A stretch of DNA of 64,000 nt from Eledone cirrhosa (taxonomy: Eukaryota). The translations under genes and the position numbers were made by a program. The stretch is from contig OZ024741.1 in assembly GCA_964016885.1 (NCBI GenBank), positions 98,828,001 to 98,892,000 on the forward strand. Direction: 5' to 3'. This document shows positions 1-14,407 of this stretch, in pieces (position 1 is the first letter of the stretch; the number at the start of each line of letters is the position of its first letter). Below the pieces are notes generated by a model. That model had not been told where the DNA came from. It did no database searches and saw only the letters and a list, made by a program, of their open reading frames with translations.

Positions 1-634
1 TACCCACGCCTTTTTTTTTTGTAAGAAAATGATGCTTGATTTTAAATCAGTGATATAATTAATGGAGAAAACTCTGCATTTTAATATTACTCAATGTAAA
101 ACGTAATGTATGAAAAATTGGAAAAGATTATTTTTTGTAATATATCAAATCAAAATTTCATTATTAAATCTTACTCTTATTTTGTTTCTTGTAAATAATT
201 TTTTTCAAAATATCAATTCAAAACTTTTCTGAATAGGCATCATATCTTGTCATTTACCTATTATTTAAATTTCATATAAATCGAAGGGGAAAATTTTCAA
301 CAGGGGTTTGTGCCTCCGGAGAACCTTAATAGGGGGTTTAACCCCCATTAGGGTGTCTTAGTATTATTCAAATTTGCTGAAATGCTGTGAATAGGCATCA
401 TATCTTGTCATTTACTTATGGTTTAAATTTCATATAAATCGAAGGGAAAAGATTTTCAGCAGGGGTTTTGTGGCTCCAGGGAACCCTTTGATTAAAATAA
501 AATATACTTATCCAGGTATCCTGGGCAATGTAGTTTCAGGATATATATGGTTATGGGGGTCTATCTCCAAAACCATAGGAGTAGTTCGTGAACAAACAAA
601 CAGACAGGAATACAACTTTTTATATATATATATA
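1..634 (+). mobile_element. Non-autonomous Helentron/HINE (DINE-1-like) element 3' part with an internal ~158-bp tandem duplication
   Basis: gaataggcatcatatcttgtcattta...aggggttt...gaacc is repeated at ~231-326 and ~389-488. The segment ends in aggagtagttcgtgaacaaacaaacagacag...aactttttatatatat, which resembles HINE/DINE-1 3' ends (recalled family pattern). Confidence 0.35.
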
Positions 635-635
635 T

Positions 636-1524
636 TCGGTGCACACGGATCAGCGAGACTGCAGTCGGGACTTTGAAGAAAAAATAGGTATATTTTTGTA
701 TATTATTTCCTCATATTTTGTAATTTTATATATATATATATATATCAAAATTACAAAATATGAGGAAATAATAGGAAAAAAAATACCTATATTTTCTTCT
801 ATATATATATATATATCAAATTACAAAATATGAGGAAAATATACCTATTTTTTCTTCAAAGTCCCGACCGCAGTTTACCGATCCGTGTGCACCGACTTTT
901 GCACTTTAAAAGTGCATCATCGCATTGTGAGGTTGATACGGCTTATCAAGAGACCCTCTTTCTTAGAGCTATTTTATTGTAAGAGACTATTTTGAGTATC
1001 TAAATCAATAAATACCTTTGATGTATTCGGCTCCGTTAATTTGTTGAGCTATTTCAAATGTCGAATAAACCTGGCTGCTATTTTTAGTGGTGTAAGTTTG
1101 CGAGACACGCTAAGATACCATGTGCGTTATTATATATAGTACACTATTCAGTGTCTTAATATACTTAGAAGTGTCTAGGATACTAATTCTTCACCCACTG
1201 ATGAGCAAGAATTGGCATTCCTATTCACAATTAATATTGCTAAACAGCACCAAGAGTTGTCTGGGTGATTGGTAGTTACCACAATTCTGGTTTGTATTTA
1301 TTTTCTTGATTTTTTCTTAAATTGAGACAGGCAAACCATATTGTCTATATTTAGTATTCTTTTGACCTTAGCGAATCTGGTCCCTTGCGATTTGAACACA
1401 TATATGTATATATCAGTGTTTATCTTTCTTTTATATTCAATTATAATATACGGCTCGGAAAAATCTCTTTCTTAGAGGTATTTTATTGTAAGAGACTATT
1501 TTGAGTTTCTAACTCAATATATAC

Positions 1525-1528
<4 letters not shown>
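636..1528 (+). mobile_element. Penelope-like pseudo-LTR-type segment: inverted copy, hammerhead motif and partial direct repeat in (TA)n
   Basis: 636-~730 is the reverse complement of ~815-895 (tcggtgcacacggatc / gatccgtgtgcaccga). ~955-1019 recurs directly at ~1465-1527. Hammerhead-like motif at 1191-1268. Confidence 0.5.
1191..1268 (+). ncRNA. Type-I hammerhead ribozyme-like motif with GAAA mutated to TAAA, probably inactive
   Basis: Stem I tcaccca/tgggtga; CTGATGA 1198-1204; stem II gcaa...ttgc; TAAA 1241-1244; stem III cagc/gttg; GTC cleavage triplet ending at 1261. Confidence 0.75.
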
Positions 1529-1594
<66 letters not shown>

Positions 1595-1621
1595 CACACA
1601 TATACATATATACATACACAC

Positions 1622-1726
<105 letters not shown>

Positions 1727-1832
1727 AAATATTTCCGAAGAAATAACAAAGGGAAAAAGAGTGTTCTATGTATAATATGGAAAGAAAGTGAAATTACACT
1801 TTCTTTCTATATTTTCATATATTTATAACTTT

Positions 1833-1899
1833 TTCATCTGATGAACGAACCAGACGGATGTTAATAATGTCTAGGGTCCTGAAACCTTTGGTAATGGAG
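1833..1899 (+). ncRNA. Type-I hammerhead ribozyme-like motif
   Basis: ttcat-CTGATGA(1838-1844), imperfect stem II, GAAA(1881-1884), cc ttt gg, TA, atggag. Stems I and III pair; stem II is eroded. Confidence 0.6.
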
Positions 1900-2421
1900 T
1901 AGTTATATATTGTGCTGTTCACTTTCTAATTAAATATATATACATATATATATATTTCACTATTTTATATTGGATAAGTAATGAGTTTCATTACTCTGAA
2001 GTTCCACCAATGTACTCACAACATCATCAGACAACACTCATATATTTACACATACACTCATACATACATAAACACGAACAAAAACATTCAAATATATATG
2101 TATGTGTATTTGTGTAAGATTATGGGTTGTGTGTATTTTTGCAGGAATGAAAAAGTGTGACTACAATGTCCACATACGGTTTAAGAAAGAGAACTGATTC
2201 GGGAATTGGAAAGATGTATATATCATGGAGTGAATATTTAGTTAGCTTCAAGCAATAAAAAAGGAGTTCATCTCAGTTGTGCTGAGATAAAAACTCCATC
2301 GAAGTGATTTAATATCAAAAACAGCAACCGAAAAGAGGAATCTCCTATAGTATCAGCTTATCCATATTTTCTTGGTGTAGGGAGATATAGCAGAGCAAGT
2401 GGACCCCGTCTTTAAACCCAG

Positions 2422-2458
2422 AGATATGTTTCGGTCTATTTAGATATCATCAGTTATG
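2422..2458 (-). ncRNA. Degenerate minimal hammerhead-like motif
   Basis: Minus strand reads CTGATGA tatcta aa tagacc GAAA cata TC. Stem I pairing is poor. Confidence 0.35.
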
Positions 2459-3837
2459 CATATTCTTGTGTGTTTCACTTGACTTACACTGGGCGAAATA
2501 TATAGGAAAAGAGAGCGGATCTACATTCATTATGTGATTTCACTTTGGATTGTGTAAAATGCTCCAAAAGGAGAGATCTGCATTGTGTATTCCCGTAGTG
2601 GTTATTGGTGGCGAAGAGATGAACATATGTGACGAGATGAGTACATCGGCAATGAATCTAAGATCGAAAATGGGCTTTGCTTTCACCAGTTTACTATAAA
2701 GACAAGATCCATTCACACTGCACTCTATTATTCTAAAAAGGTTGATGTGCTAATATTGTCCGAATGTTCTCCCTTGTTACCTCTTTGGGATGTAAACGCC
2801 TCTCGTGGAAGATTTTGTTTTCAAACTGCAATTATAATGAGATTTTAGGAGATATTACACTCAATATATTTAGCATGGAAGACTCTAATGTATATTTAAA
2901 CATCATGTAGAAAGCTCTGCTGGTTTTTATTTCGCTATAGCCTACGTTAACATACACAATCAGAATACATGCCGTTTCTCTTTTTCTTATATATTTCAAA
3001 CCCTCTACGTCAAACAATAAATGAAAATGCATCGCTGATCAGACCTAACACGATGGAAAGTAATTGATTTCGCCAGTTATTTATAGATGCAAGATCCAAT
3101 TCGCTTCATTGTATTATCTTTTCCAAAACATTAAAGGAAATTAGCTTGTTCTCTCATTCTTTGCTGCCTTTGGATGTGGACATCACTCAAGGGAGCTTTT
3201 CTCTTTAAATCACGAATGTGTTTATAAATGTGTATGTACATGAGAGCGTATATGTATGCGTGAGTAAGCTGAGCAATAATAAAGTGTCATATTTTATGTA
3301 AATGTTTCTGTAACCTACCCTATGTGCACGCAGATTAATACAACATAATTATGCAACAAATAATCGTGGAATAGACGAAATGAGAAATTATTTGATATCA
3401 TATTACAAATTCGAGTATAAATTCATTTTCACAAATTGGTTTGACTCCATAGGGTAAATATCAGATACAATAATAAATGGCAGTAGATGTAAGGTAATGC
3501 CGATCCCAACAAAATAACTATTCAGAATTAAACAGTGACCAATGAATTACCCAAAGAAGAATTATTGCAATTTAGAGATGCCGGAAAAATCACATGTAAA
3601 TGAATTGTTTTTATAACGTTGTCTATGAAATAGTAATCCACTCACAAAAGAACGAACTTGAATATATAGAACCACTTAAATATACATAGAACCATCTTAA
3701 ATACTGCATCAACTGACAACCAGAAAAATTGTGGAGGTGAGAAACTCACTTAAAGTAAACAATGGTCTTTACAACATGTTTTGGATGATCTTTTCCAAAT
3801 TAGTTTAAAAACAGTAAATATTCCAACTATGCAAATA

Positions 3838-5020
3838 CGAGGGTCAGCTGAAAAGTTCATAGGCTGACCAAGATACTCTCATGGAATGTGACCAAATGAT
3901 CTTTATTATTCAACATAGTCCCCCTTGTGGTTCACACATTTCTTCCATGTGTGCTGCAGGGCTTGGATGCCATTGGTGAAAAAGGTTTTATCTAGTTGGT
4001 CAAAAAGGTCATCAACAGCAGATATGACACCATCATAACTTCGATACTGGTTTCCAACCATATTTCTTTTTATGTTGGGGAGCAGATGATAGTCAGATGG
4101 GGGCCAAATCAGAAGAATAGGGAAGGTGATCAACCAGTTCACTCACAGCAGCCATTGAAACCAGGGATTTGTGTCCTGAAGAAACAAGAAATTTCTTCAG
4201 TTTTCCTGAACGTTTGGTTTTGATAGCCTTTCGTAACTGCCTCAGCAAGTTGGCATAGTACTCCCCATTGATGGTGTGACCTTTTTAAAGATGGTCAATA
4301 AACACAATGCCTTTTGCATCCCGAAAAACTGAGGCCATCAACTTTCCTGCAGATGAAATGACCTTCACGTTCTTTGCAGCGGTTGAGGAGGATAATTTCC
4401 ACTGGATGGATTGTCACTTTGTCCCTGTCTCAAATTGAGGAATCCAACACTCATCCTCGGTTAGCAAACATTCAAGAAAACCAGCTGGATCTGCCTCAAA
4501 TAATGTTAGATTTTCATGTGATCTGATCAGCTTGGTGCGCCTTTGATCAGATGTCAGAGGTTGTGGCACCCTCGAGCAGAAACTTTCATCATGCCAAATT
4601 CATTGTTGTGAAGAATGCTCTCAACTCTCGCAGGATATGTGGTAGTTCAAGGACATCCAGACCTTGGGTCATCTTCAAGACTCTCCCTTCCCTTCCTAAA
4701 TCAGCTGCCAACTTTTACACTGTTGATAAATCTGAAGCCGCATCCCTTAATGTAGCAACCATGTCAGCATGAATGTCTTTTGGGGCTAAACTGTTTTTCT
4801 GCTGGTACTTGATAACACCACGAAGACAAAGTTGGTCCATTTTCAAGAGGAGTCGCCACTAGTTAAGTTTGAAGTTTTCTTTGAACAGTCAAATGTCAAT
4901 TTACCTGGAAAGAAATATTGCAGTTATTAAAAAAAGAGTGTTGGAATTGTTTGATAGAAGATTTAACAGCCCTGGCATCATCCTTGATAGTCAGCCTATG
5001 AACTTTTAAACCCACCTTCG
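3838..5020 (-). mobile_element. Decayed mariner (Tc1/mariner) DNA transposon, about 1.18 kb
   Basis: Imperfect TIRs cgagggtcagctgaaaagttcataggctgac / gtcagcctatgaacttttaaacccaccttcg with TA on both sides. Transposase remnants include an N-terminal MDQLCLRGVIKY at 4840 and a C-terminal PSDYHLL...WKKCVNHKGDYVE. Confidence 0.92.
3906..4840 (-). pseudogene. Mariner transposase pseudogene with stops, frameshifts and a deletion
   Basis: ORF 3906-4142 matches the mariner C-terminus. Upstream frames are interrupted. Confidence 0.85.
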
Positions 5021-5047
5021 TATGTATGTTTCTCTCTTTGATTTAGT

Positions 5048-5226
<179 letters not shown>

Positions 5227-5833
5227 ATGCATTATATTATATACATCCACAGATACATAAAAATGAAAGTGATGATTGGAGTTGGTAAAAAAAGAAGGAA
5301 TTATATGAATGTAAAAATGTCCATGATAAACATTTATATGTTGGATACACTCGGACAGGTGATCGTCTAAATTCTTGATTAATTAATAGTAACTTCCCTG
5401 AATATCTTCACTTATTGAACATCATTGATCATCTACACCATTTGATACCGAGTAAGATACCACATTCTTTCAATATCACGCTTCCTATGTTTCTCAAAGA
5501 ATTTTAGTTGAAATGTCGTTGCTTAAATTTACTTTTCATCTTTTCATTATAATGTTTTTTTCTCTATAATCAATTTATTTGTAGAGGGGATTTTTGTCTT
5601 ATATACAACTAATCGCGTACTGCATGATTGGTTTAAAAGTCATCAATATTTTAGTTTGGTTACTTGTGATTGCGTTTTTCATATTGGTGGATAACAATAG
5701 CGTAGTTTTAAGATACTTCTGCAAAATAATTTCATGAGACAATGGTATAAAATGAAATGATTATTAATACAAAATATATTCTGTTATACTAGATTTAACA
5801 TTTAACGATGGTGTCAGGTGTGAACTAGATAAC

Positions 5834-6011
5834 ATTATGTTAGTAGTGGTAAACCCGACTAATCTTGTACCACTACTAACATAATTTTTTCTACATTTGA
5901 CACAAGGCCAGCAATTATCCCAAAGTACCAGTAATACACTGGGTTAGTTGCTGGCCTTGTGCCAAATGTAGAAGCAATTATGTTACTAGTGGTAGAAGAT
6001 TAGTCGGATTT
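5834..6011. repeat. Fold-back containing two opposed SINE 3' ends and inverted flanking sequence
   Basis: 5851-5920 is reverse-complementary to 5941-6011, and 5834-5851 is reverse-complementary to 5868-5885. Confidence 0.8.
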
Positions 6012-6406
6012 ATAATATCAATTTTATATTTGCTTGCTTCTAATATTTCATTGTAGCTAGTTGAGTTTGTATGTAAATTATTTTATTAGATGATGAATTG
6101 AAACTCTGTTAGCAGAGTTTATTGATACGTGTTTAAAAACCCTGTCTGGGTAGATATAACCTATAGGAATATACGCACGCTATATACAGCCTACAAAAAG
6201 GTATGTATATATATATGTATATTTTTATATATGGTAATGACTTCTACATGATTAGCACAGGTTCATTCGTAGGAAATTTCATACGAATACAACGGTCCTA
6301 GTCCTGTAGAAGTAATTTCTATATGAATACAGCTGCCTATGCTCTGCCAACGTACCTTTCTAACATTACGTGGTTCAACATAGCGTATATGTTTTCATAC
6401 ATTACA

Positions 6407-6481
<75 letters not shown>

Positions 6482-6655
6482 AACTTCAGGCATAGTTGTA
6501 TACAGATATTTATGGGAATTTCGTATTTCAGAAGAAATACGGTATGTTTAAAATAAACATTTGGAGAGCCGTAGCTATGCCAAAATACCAGCGACTAACA
6601 CCGTCTGGTGGTGTCCAGCAAAATCAAGGGGGACAATCGTGGATGCACATTTCGA

Positions 6656-6711
<56 letters not shown>

Positions 6712-6732
6712 ATATATATATACATAAACACA

Positions 6733-6779
<47 letters not shown>

Positions 6780-6981
6780 CCTCCAATCCAAACCACAGTT
6801 ATAGTTTTCTCATGTGAATAACAGATAAACATAATATCAGCAAATTTCTGAGATTTATGCAACCTTATTAATATTTTTATATTTTAAAATATACATACTT
6901 TGAAAAGTATAAATCTATATCAATTTCCAGTTCTCTTCTATTCAGGCTCTTATATATGTGTACGTATATATATATATATAT

Positions 6982-7098
<117 letters not shown>

Positions 7099-7099
7099 C

Positions 7100-7157
<58 letters not shown>

Positions 7158-7182
7158 ATAAATATATATATATGTATTTATA

Positions 7183-7220
<38 letters not shown>

Positions 7221-8087
7221 TTCAGCAAATACCAAGGGGTCACAGACCAAATGTCAGGAAGTCTTTATGCAAATGTCGGTCAACTCAATAGAAATATCAA
7301 GAACATGTACAAAAAGTAAAATGAAATAAATGAACAGAGGTATCGAGCAAGAGAGAAAGAGGTGTGGGGGAGGGGGGGGGGGGGGGGGAGGCAAAATAAA
7401 GATAGAGAGAGGGAGTGAGAGAGACAGAGAAGGAGATTATTGACATGAATTTACTGATATAAATGTCGACTAGCTGCAGTTGCTGAGATGTCATTCGGCA
7501 AATACCCACGTCGCTGCATTCTTTTTAGTGAATACAATAGATTGTTATTGTTATTGTTGTTGTTGTTGTTGTTGTTGTTGCTGCTGTTGTTGTTCATGTT
7601 GTTGTTTTATGCATTGATGATGATGATGATGTTGGTGTTTTATTAGCTGCTATTATGTGTTACTATTTTTGTTGCTGTTAATATCATTGGAGCGTATATT
7701 ACATCTAAAGGAAGTGTATCTGTATATTCGAGCGCATATATATACGGACATATAGGCTTACGTATATTTATATATGTATGTATAAAATACATGCGCACAT
7801 TTGTGCATATATATAGAAAGATGAATTCATGAATACATACATACGTACACACACAAAGGTACTTACATACATACATACATACATACATGCATAGATGCAT
7901 ACATGCATACATGCATACATACATGCATACATGCATACATGCATACATACATACATACATACATACATACATACATACATACATGCATACATACATGCAT
8001 GCATACATACATACATACATACATACATACATACATACATACATACATACATACATACATACATACATACATACATACATACATACA

Positions 8088-8216
8088 TAATGGCTGCATA
8101 TTGGTTTCGAGAACTACCCTTCCTTGACCGTTTTTTCACACATGGGTGGCCCGAACATGACTTTTTTTAACCATTCCAAGTTCTCAGATCATTTTTGCAT
8201 ATGCTGCAACAAAAGA
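8088..8216 (-). mobile_element. Diverged RTE-type 3' end with (TATG)n tail
   Basis: Minus strand encodes a decayed C-x2-C zinc-finger start (CSIC). It ends ctcgaaaccaatatgcagccattatgtatg, resembling the 3' end of the 600-bp element at 18.4, 20.0 and 41.7 kb. Confidence 0.55.
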
Positions 8217-8231
8217 AAAATACATACTTAC

Positions 8232-8262
<31 letters not shown>

Positions 8263-8292
8263 TGTATGTATGTATGTATGTATTTATGTATG

Positions 8293-8990
8293 TCAGAAAT
8301 CTTCAAAGTGAGAGAAATCTAGATAACCAACTAGTTAGTCTATCTTGCACAAACAACCGCTATATTAGTCCTCACTTTGAAGGATATGCTTTTGCAACCA
8401 AGAAACCGTAAATACTAATGAAATACCTGTTGCACAAAAATGGATTGAGATGTGATAATATATGCAGTTGAATAAATATCAAGGATATCACCCACATCAT
8501 AAGCAGCTGTTCGAAGATGTCATCATAGTACTATCTATGAGGTATGATATAGTGGTCGATACTCCAAACAATGAAGTCCGTAAAGAGGAACGTCATATAT
8601 GTAAAAATATGAAAAATTGCAGTGATGTTGGGAGCTTAATTAGACATAGAGTCAAAGAGTACAGGTGAAATATTTCAAGCAACTCCCCAGTAAATTATGG
8701 ACATGTGGAAATGAACTGCCCAGCAGATGTTATTCTAGTGTTAAAGATCAATGACGAGGAGAACATTTATACTGAACTAATGATGAAACTGCAGATACCT
8801 AATCCTGAATAAAGCTTTAGATTTATACATGTAATGATTAAAGCATTTAGATATGTTACTAATTTCCTCACAAATCCTGACAACCACGGCTTCACACAAC
8901 CAGAAAAGCACAACTAATTAAGAAATTACTAGTCCTATCCAGTAAAATATGTTAGAATATGTATAACTTCCTACAGATGTAGCAATTACT
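8293..8990 (+). pseudogene. Degenerate R4/Dong-clade RLE retrotransposon C-terminal fragment
   Basis: ISPHFEGYAFA...KYLLHK and LSMRYDIV are homologous to TSHLEGYLYAIQEQ...KYLLHK and LPMRHDGI in ORF 19170-19844. Confidence 0.7.
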
Positions 8991-9345
8991 TCATAGAAAT
9001 ATATTTATATTCAGATACAGATTCACACATGCATTGGCATCTATACTTCCGCACACGCACATACATTATGACAAACATCCATAATTACCAATTACCAATT
9101 CGAGTTTTCTTTGAGTGAGAAAGCGACCCTCTGATGAGAAATTTATGAAAATATTAAAGCCAGAATGTGACTTTATCAAAATATTTTCATATCTCGCAAT
9201 GAATCCGGTGCTTGGTACATAATCATCTCCGCGAATGCAAATCAATTGTGCTTGTGGTACTGCCTATATGTATAACCTCATCTCAAGATTCTCACAGAAA
9301 CACCAGACTTCTCTAGCGTTTCTTAAACTGATTTCAAACTTTTCT

Positions 9346-9388
9346 CAGCAACAGCAGCAGCAGTAGCAGTAGCGAGCAGCAGCAACAT

Positions 9389-9420
<32 letters not shown>

Positions 9421-9425
9421 GCAGC

Positions 9426-9497
<72 letters not shown>
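9346..9497. repeat. Compound (CAG)n/(TAG)n microsatellite
   Basis: Directly visible. Confidence 0.95.
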
Positions 9498-9818
9498 TGA
9501 CATTGGTACTGGTGTATATCTTTATTTCAAAGATCATAAAGGGCATCAAACGTTAGAGCAATGCTATACACTAATAATATTACTAATAATATGGTACTGA
9601 TATTATTAAAAATAATGATGCTAATAATAATAAAAATAATAATGATAATGATAATAATAATGATTTCTTTATAATAACGATATCATTTTCTTCCTCATTT
9701 CACTGAAAAGCCCATAATAAATACAACCACAACATAGCTTTTGTTGTAACTGTACACACAGGATGTACTGGAATGTCTCATCATTATTAGGTGTAGATAT
9801 AATTACCCACATTCAGAC

Positions 9819-9880
<62 letters not shown>

Positions 9881-9889
9881 TATATATAT

Positions 9890-10037
<148 letters not shown>

Positions 10038-10285
10038 GTATATACATATATATATATATATATGCAAGGATGTACAAATATGTCTGTAAATATGAATGTA
10101 TTTATGCATGTAAGTGTATGTATGTATGTGTGATGTGTACGTGTGTGTGTGTACTGCAAAGATAGTTGTACTTATTATCGCATACATCCATGAGTTCATA
10201 CCAGTAAACAGACAGTCATATATTCAATTATATCAAATTATATAGACACACACACCCATATATATATATATATATATATTCATAT

Positions 10286-10334
<49 letters not shown>

Positions 10335-10418
10335 TCATACATATATATATATATATTCATATATATATATTTATATATATATACATATATATTCATTCAT
10401 ATTTCTAGATACATACAC

Positions 10419-10450
<32 letters not shown>

Positions 10451-10899
10451 ATATATTTAAGAGTAATGATAGCAAAGAAAATAGATATTATAGATAATTT
10501 AGTACCATTTAACGTAACGTTGTATAAATCTTAGATCTATATCGTCACAAACAATGTAGATGTAAGATGAAATGTGACTAATATGATATTATAAATGTTA
10601 AATGTAGTATATTTTGTATCAAGTATTAAATATAACAGACATCAAACAGAAGTGTGTAGAGAGAGCAATGATAGTGTTGGAGAACAGAAAAAGAGAGGTA
10701 TAACGATAAACACGATCGTACTATTGAAGTGACATTTGAATTAATACCTCTAATATAGTGAACAAAAAGTAGAGTTATTCTTACCGCGATGACAACGTAG
10801 ATAGTAACGAAGAATAAATGATGTGATATAAACGTGTGCATTTATGATGTTTGAACGTCAATATGTGTGTGTGTTATGCATAATACACACATACGATTA

Positions 10900-10940
<41 letters not shown>

Positions 10941-10989
10941 ATGGGATGAGAGAGAGATAGAGAGAGAGAAAGAGAAAGAGAGAGGGGGA

Positions 10990-11048
<59 letters not shown>

Positions 11049-11201
11049 AAGAAGAAGAAGAAGAAGAAGAAGAAGACTGGTTTCATGTCAACTGAGGCAA
11101 ATGAAATGATATTGGTCAGTCACTATGAGGAATTGTACGGTCAATTCCTTCAAATACCTGCACACACAAACAGACACAAATACTCTCTCTCTCTCTCTCT
11201 G

Positions 11202-11232
<31 letters not shown>

Positions 11233-11304
11233 ATATATATATATATATATATTATATATAATATATATATATATATATTATATATAATATATATATATAT
11301 ATAT

Positions 11305-11355
<51 letters not shown>

Positions 11356-11366
11356 ATATATAATAT

Positions 11367-11406
<40 letters not shown>

Positions 11407-11420
11407 ATATATATATATAA

Positions 11421-11508
<88 letters not shown>

Positions 11509-11721
11509 TTCGTTTCTGAAGTTGTTTAGCAAGATTCTTTATCTGAAATCGTGTGTTGAAACCGATATTGTTATACTTTGGGAGGGTCATTTTGCCAATA
11601 AGAAACACACGCACCAGTTGCTTTCACTTCAATTTATTATAATAAATTTATAATAAATTTATAAATTTATAAATTTCTGGTTGGTTGGTTGGTTCCATAA
11701 CCAGATAGTTGTTTATATATT

Positions 11722-11764
11722 GTCATAGTTCTTTCGTCACACACTCTGTGACCACTTCAGTGAC
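11722..11764 (-). ncRNA. Minimal hammerhead-like motif, left arm, core mutated to CTGAAGT
   Basis: Minus strand: gtca CTGAAGT g gtcac agagtgt gtgac GAAA gaac TA tgac. Confidence 0.6.
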
Positions 11765-11888
11765 TGGGGATTCCTTTCTTTGTTTCTGTGCATCTCCTTT
11801 GTTCTGTCCTACGCCGTTTTTTTTCTACAAAACAAAATGGCGTAGGACAGAACAAAGCAGAGGCACAGAAACAAAGAAAAGAATCCCA

Positions 11889-11931
11889 GTCACTGAAGAG
11901 GTCACAGAGTGTGTGACGAAAGAACTATGAC
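11889..11931 (+). ncRNA. Minimal type-I hammerhead ribozyme-like motif, right arm
   Basis: gtca CTGAAGA g gtcac agagtgt gtgac GAAA gaac TA tgac: 4-bp stem I, 5-bp stem II and minimal stem III, as in Penelope-associated hammerheads. Confidence 0.75.
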
Positions 11932-12139
11932 AATATATAAACAACTATCTGGTTATGGAACCAACCAACCAGAAATTTATAAATTTATAAATTTATTATA
12001 AATTTATTATAATAAATTGAAGTGAAGGCAATGGTGCGTGTGTTTCTTATTGGCAAAATGACCCTCCCAAAGTATAACAATATCGGTTTCAACACACGAT
12101 TTCAGATAAAGAATCTTGCTAAACAACTTCAGAAACGAA

Positions 12140-12293
<154 letters not shown>

Positions 12294-12425
12294 TTTATAT
12301 ATATATATATTTATATATATTTATATATATATATATTTATATATATTTATTATATATATATATTTATATATATTATATATATATATATTTATATATATTT
12401 ATATATATATATATATATTTATATA

Positions 12426-12470
<45 letters not shown>

Positions 12471-12752
12471 ATATATATTTATATATAATATATATATATA
12501 TATTATATATAATATATATATATATATTATATATAATATATATATATATTATATATAATATATATATATATATTATATATAATATATATATATATATATT
12601 ATATATAATATAAATATATATATATATTATATATAATATATATATATATATATTATATATAATATATATATATATATATATTATATATAATATATATATT
12701 ATATATATTATATATATATATAATATTATATATAATATATATATATATATAT

Positions 12753-12793
<41 letters not shown>

Positions 12794-12840
12794 TATATAT
12801 ATATATATATATTATATATATTATATATAATATATATATA

Positions 12841-12886
12841 ATTAAAGGTGAAAGCAGCGATTCTTTGCTTAAACTTTAATCTGTTA

Positions 12887-12893
<7 letters not shown>
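12841..12893 (+). repeat. Family B fragment (3' half of the hammerhead-like repeat) in (TA)n
   Basis: aaggtgaaagcagcgattctttgcttaaactttaatctgttattttaata is reverse-complementary to 13293-13345. Confidence 0.75.
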
Positions 12894-12929
<36 letters not shown>

Positions 12930-13017
12930 ATATATATATATATAAAATATAATATATATATATATATTAAATATAATATATATATATATATATATTAAAT
13001 ATAATATATATATATAT

Positions 13018-13099
<82 letters not shown>

Positions 13100-13219
13100 A
13101 TATATATATATATATTATATTTAATATATATATATATATATTATATTTAATATATATATATATATATATATATTATATTTAATATATATATATATATTAT
13201 ATTTTATATATATATATAT

Positions 13220-13295
<76 letters not shown>

Positions 13296-13311
13296 TAAAA
13301 TAACAGATTAA

Positions 13312-13363
13312 AGTTTAAGCAAAGAATCTTTGCTTTCACCTTTTAACGGGATCTTCTGAAACT
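13312..13363 (-). ncRNA. Hammerhead-like motif with variant CAGAAGA core
   Basis: Minus strand: agttt CAGAAGA tcccgttaaaaggt GAAA gcaaag att ctttgc TT aaact. Stem I agttt/aaact and a 6-bp stem III pair. Confidence 0.5.
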
Positions 13364-13693
13364 AACATTACTTATTTGTATAGGTAAGTATATATTACCT
13401 GCATGTTTTGTGAGAGTACGTATACTTTCTCGTACATATACTTGATTGTATATGTTATGGCGTATATATTATATGTTCTGGTACATATGCTTTTGGCTAT
13501 GTGTATACGTGAGTTTTGCGTCTGTGTGAGTATGCGGGTTCGTACTTATGTATGGTGTGTGTATATGTGTACTTCGTATTTTGGTTGACGTACGTCTCCG
13601 AACATATGTGTATTTACATGTAGGTATGTGTGTGCGCTTGTTATATACGTATTTATTTATTTATATACGTTTATTTAATTATATGTATACACG

Positions 13694-13740
<47 letters not shown>

Positions 13741-14358
13741 CTTTTTATATATATGTTTATGTGTATTTGGTGTATACATTCATATGCGTGCGGGTACAGG
13801 CGTTGCGTGGGGTCTGTATGTGCGGGTGTTTTTGTTTTATTTTGTGTACGTGCGTGTATTTGTATACCTATGGCGAGTGTTTTCGCGTATGCTTGTGAAT
13901 GTACGTATATGGATGCGTGTATGTCTTTATTTAATTTCAATTACCTCTGTATTTTATTTACTTTATTCTTAACTCTGAAGCCGAGAATAATTCGGTTTCC
14001 TAGTTAGAATTTTAGTCTACGACTTCAGTTATACCATTTACGTGGTTTTGTCTTTGCGCGCAATTGTTCTCCCGCTCCACATATGACGTATTATCTTCGT
14101 TTTTTCCGTTCATTGCCAGAGAACGTCTCTATGCACCACCTAATAGAATATTAGTCTACGACTTCTTTTATACCATAAACGTAGTTTTGTCTTTGCATGT
14201 AATTGTTTTTAACATCCAAATAATGACGTATTATATTTGTTTTTTCCCGTTCTTTGCCAGGGAACGTTTCCACGAACCAAAGTATCGTCTTCCTGTCTTC
14301 CTCCGGTTGCAACGTTTTTAGAAATATTCACTTCTGCATTCACAGATTGACTTTGTTA

Positions 14359-14407
14359 GTTTCAGAAGACCCCGTTAAGGGTGAAAGCAGTGATGCTTTG
14401 CTTAAAA
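14359..14407 (+). ncRNA. Hammerhead-like motif with variant CAGAAGA core
   Basis: gttt CAGAAGA c ccc gttaa ggg t GAAA gca...tgc TT aaaa. Confidence 0.45.

Noticed and set aside
9128-9155. CTGATGA followed by GAAA
   Set aside because: No stem II or stem I pairing.
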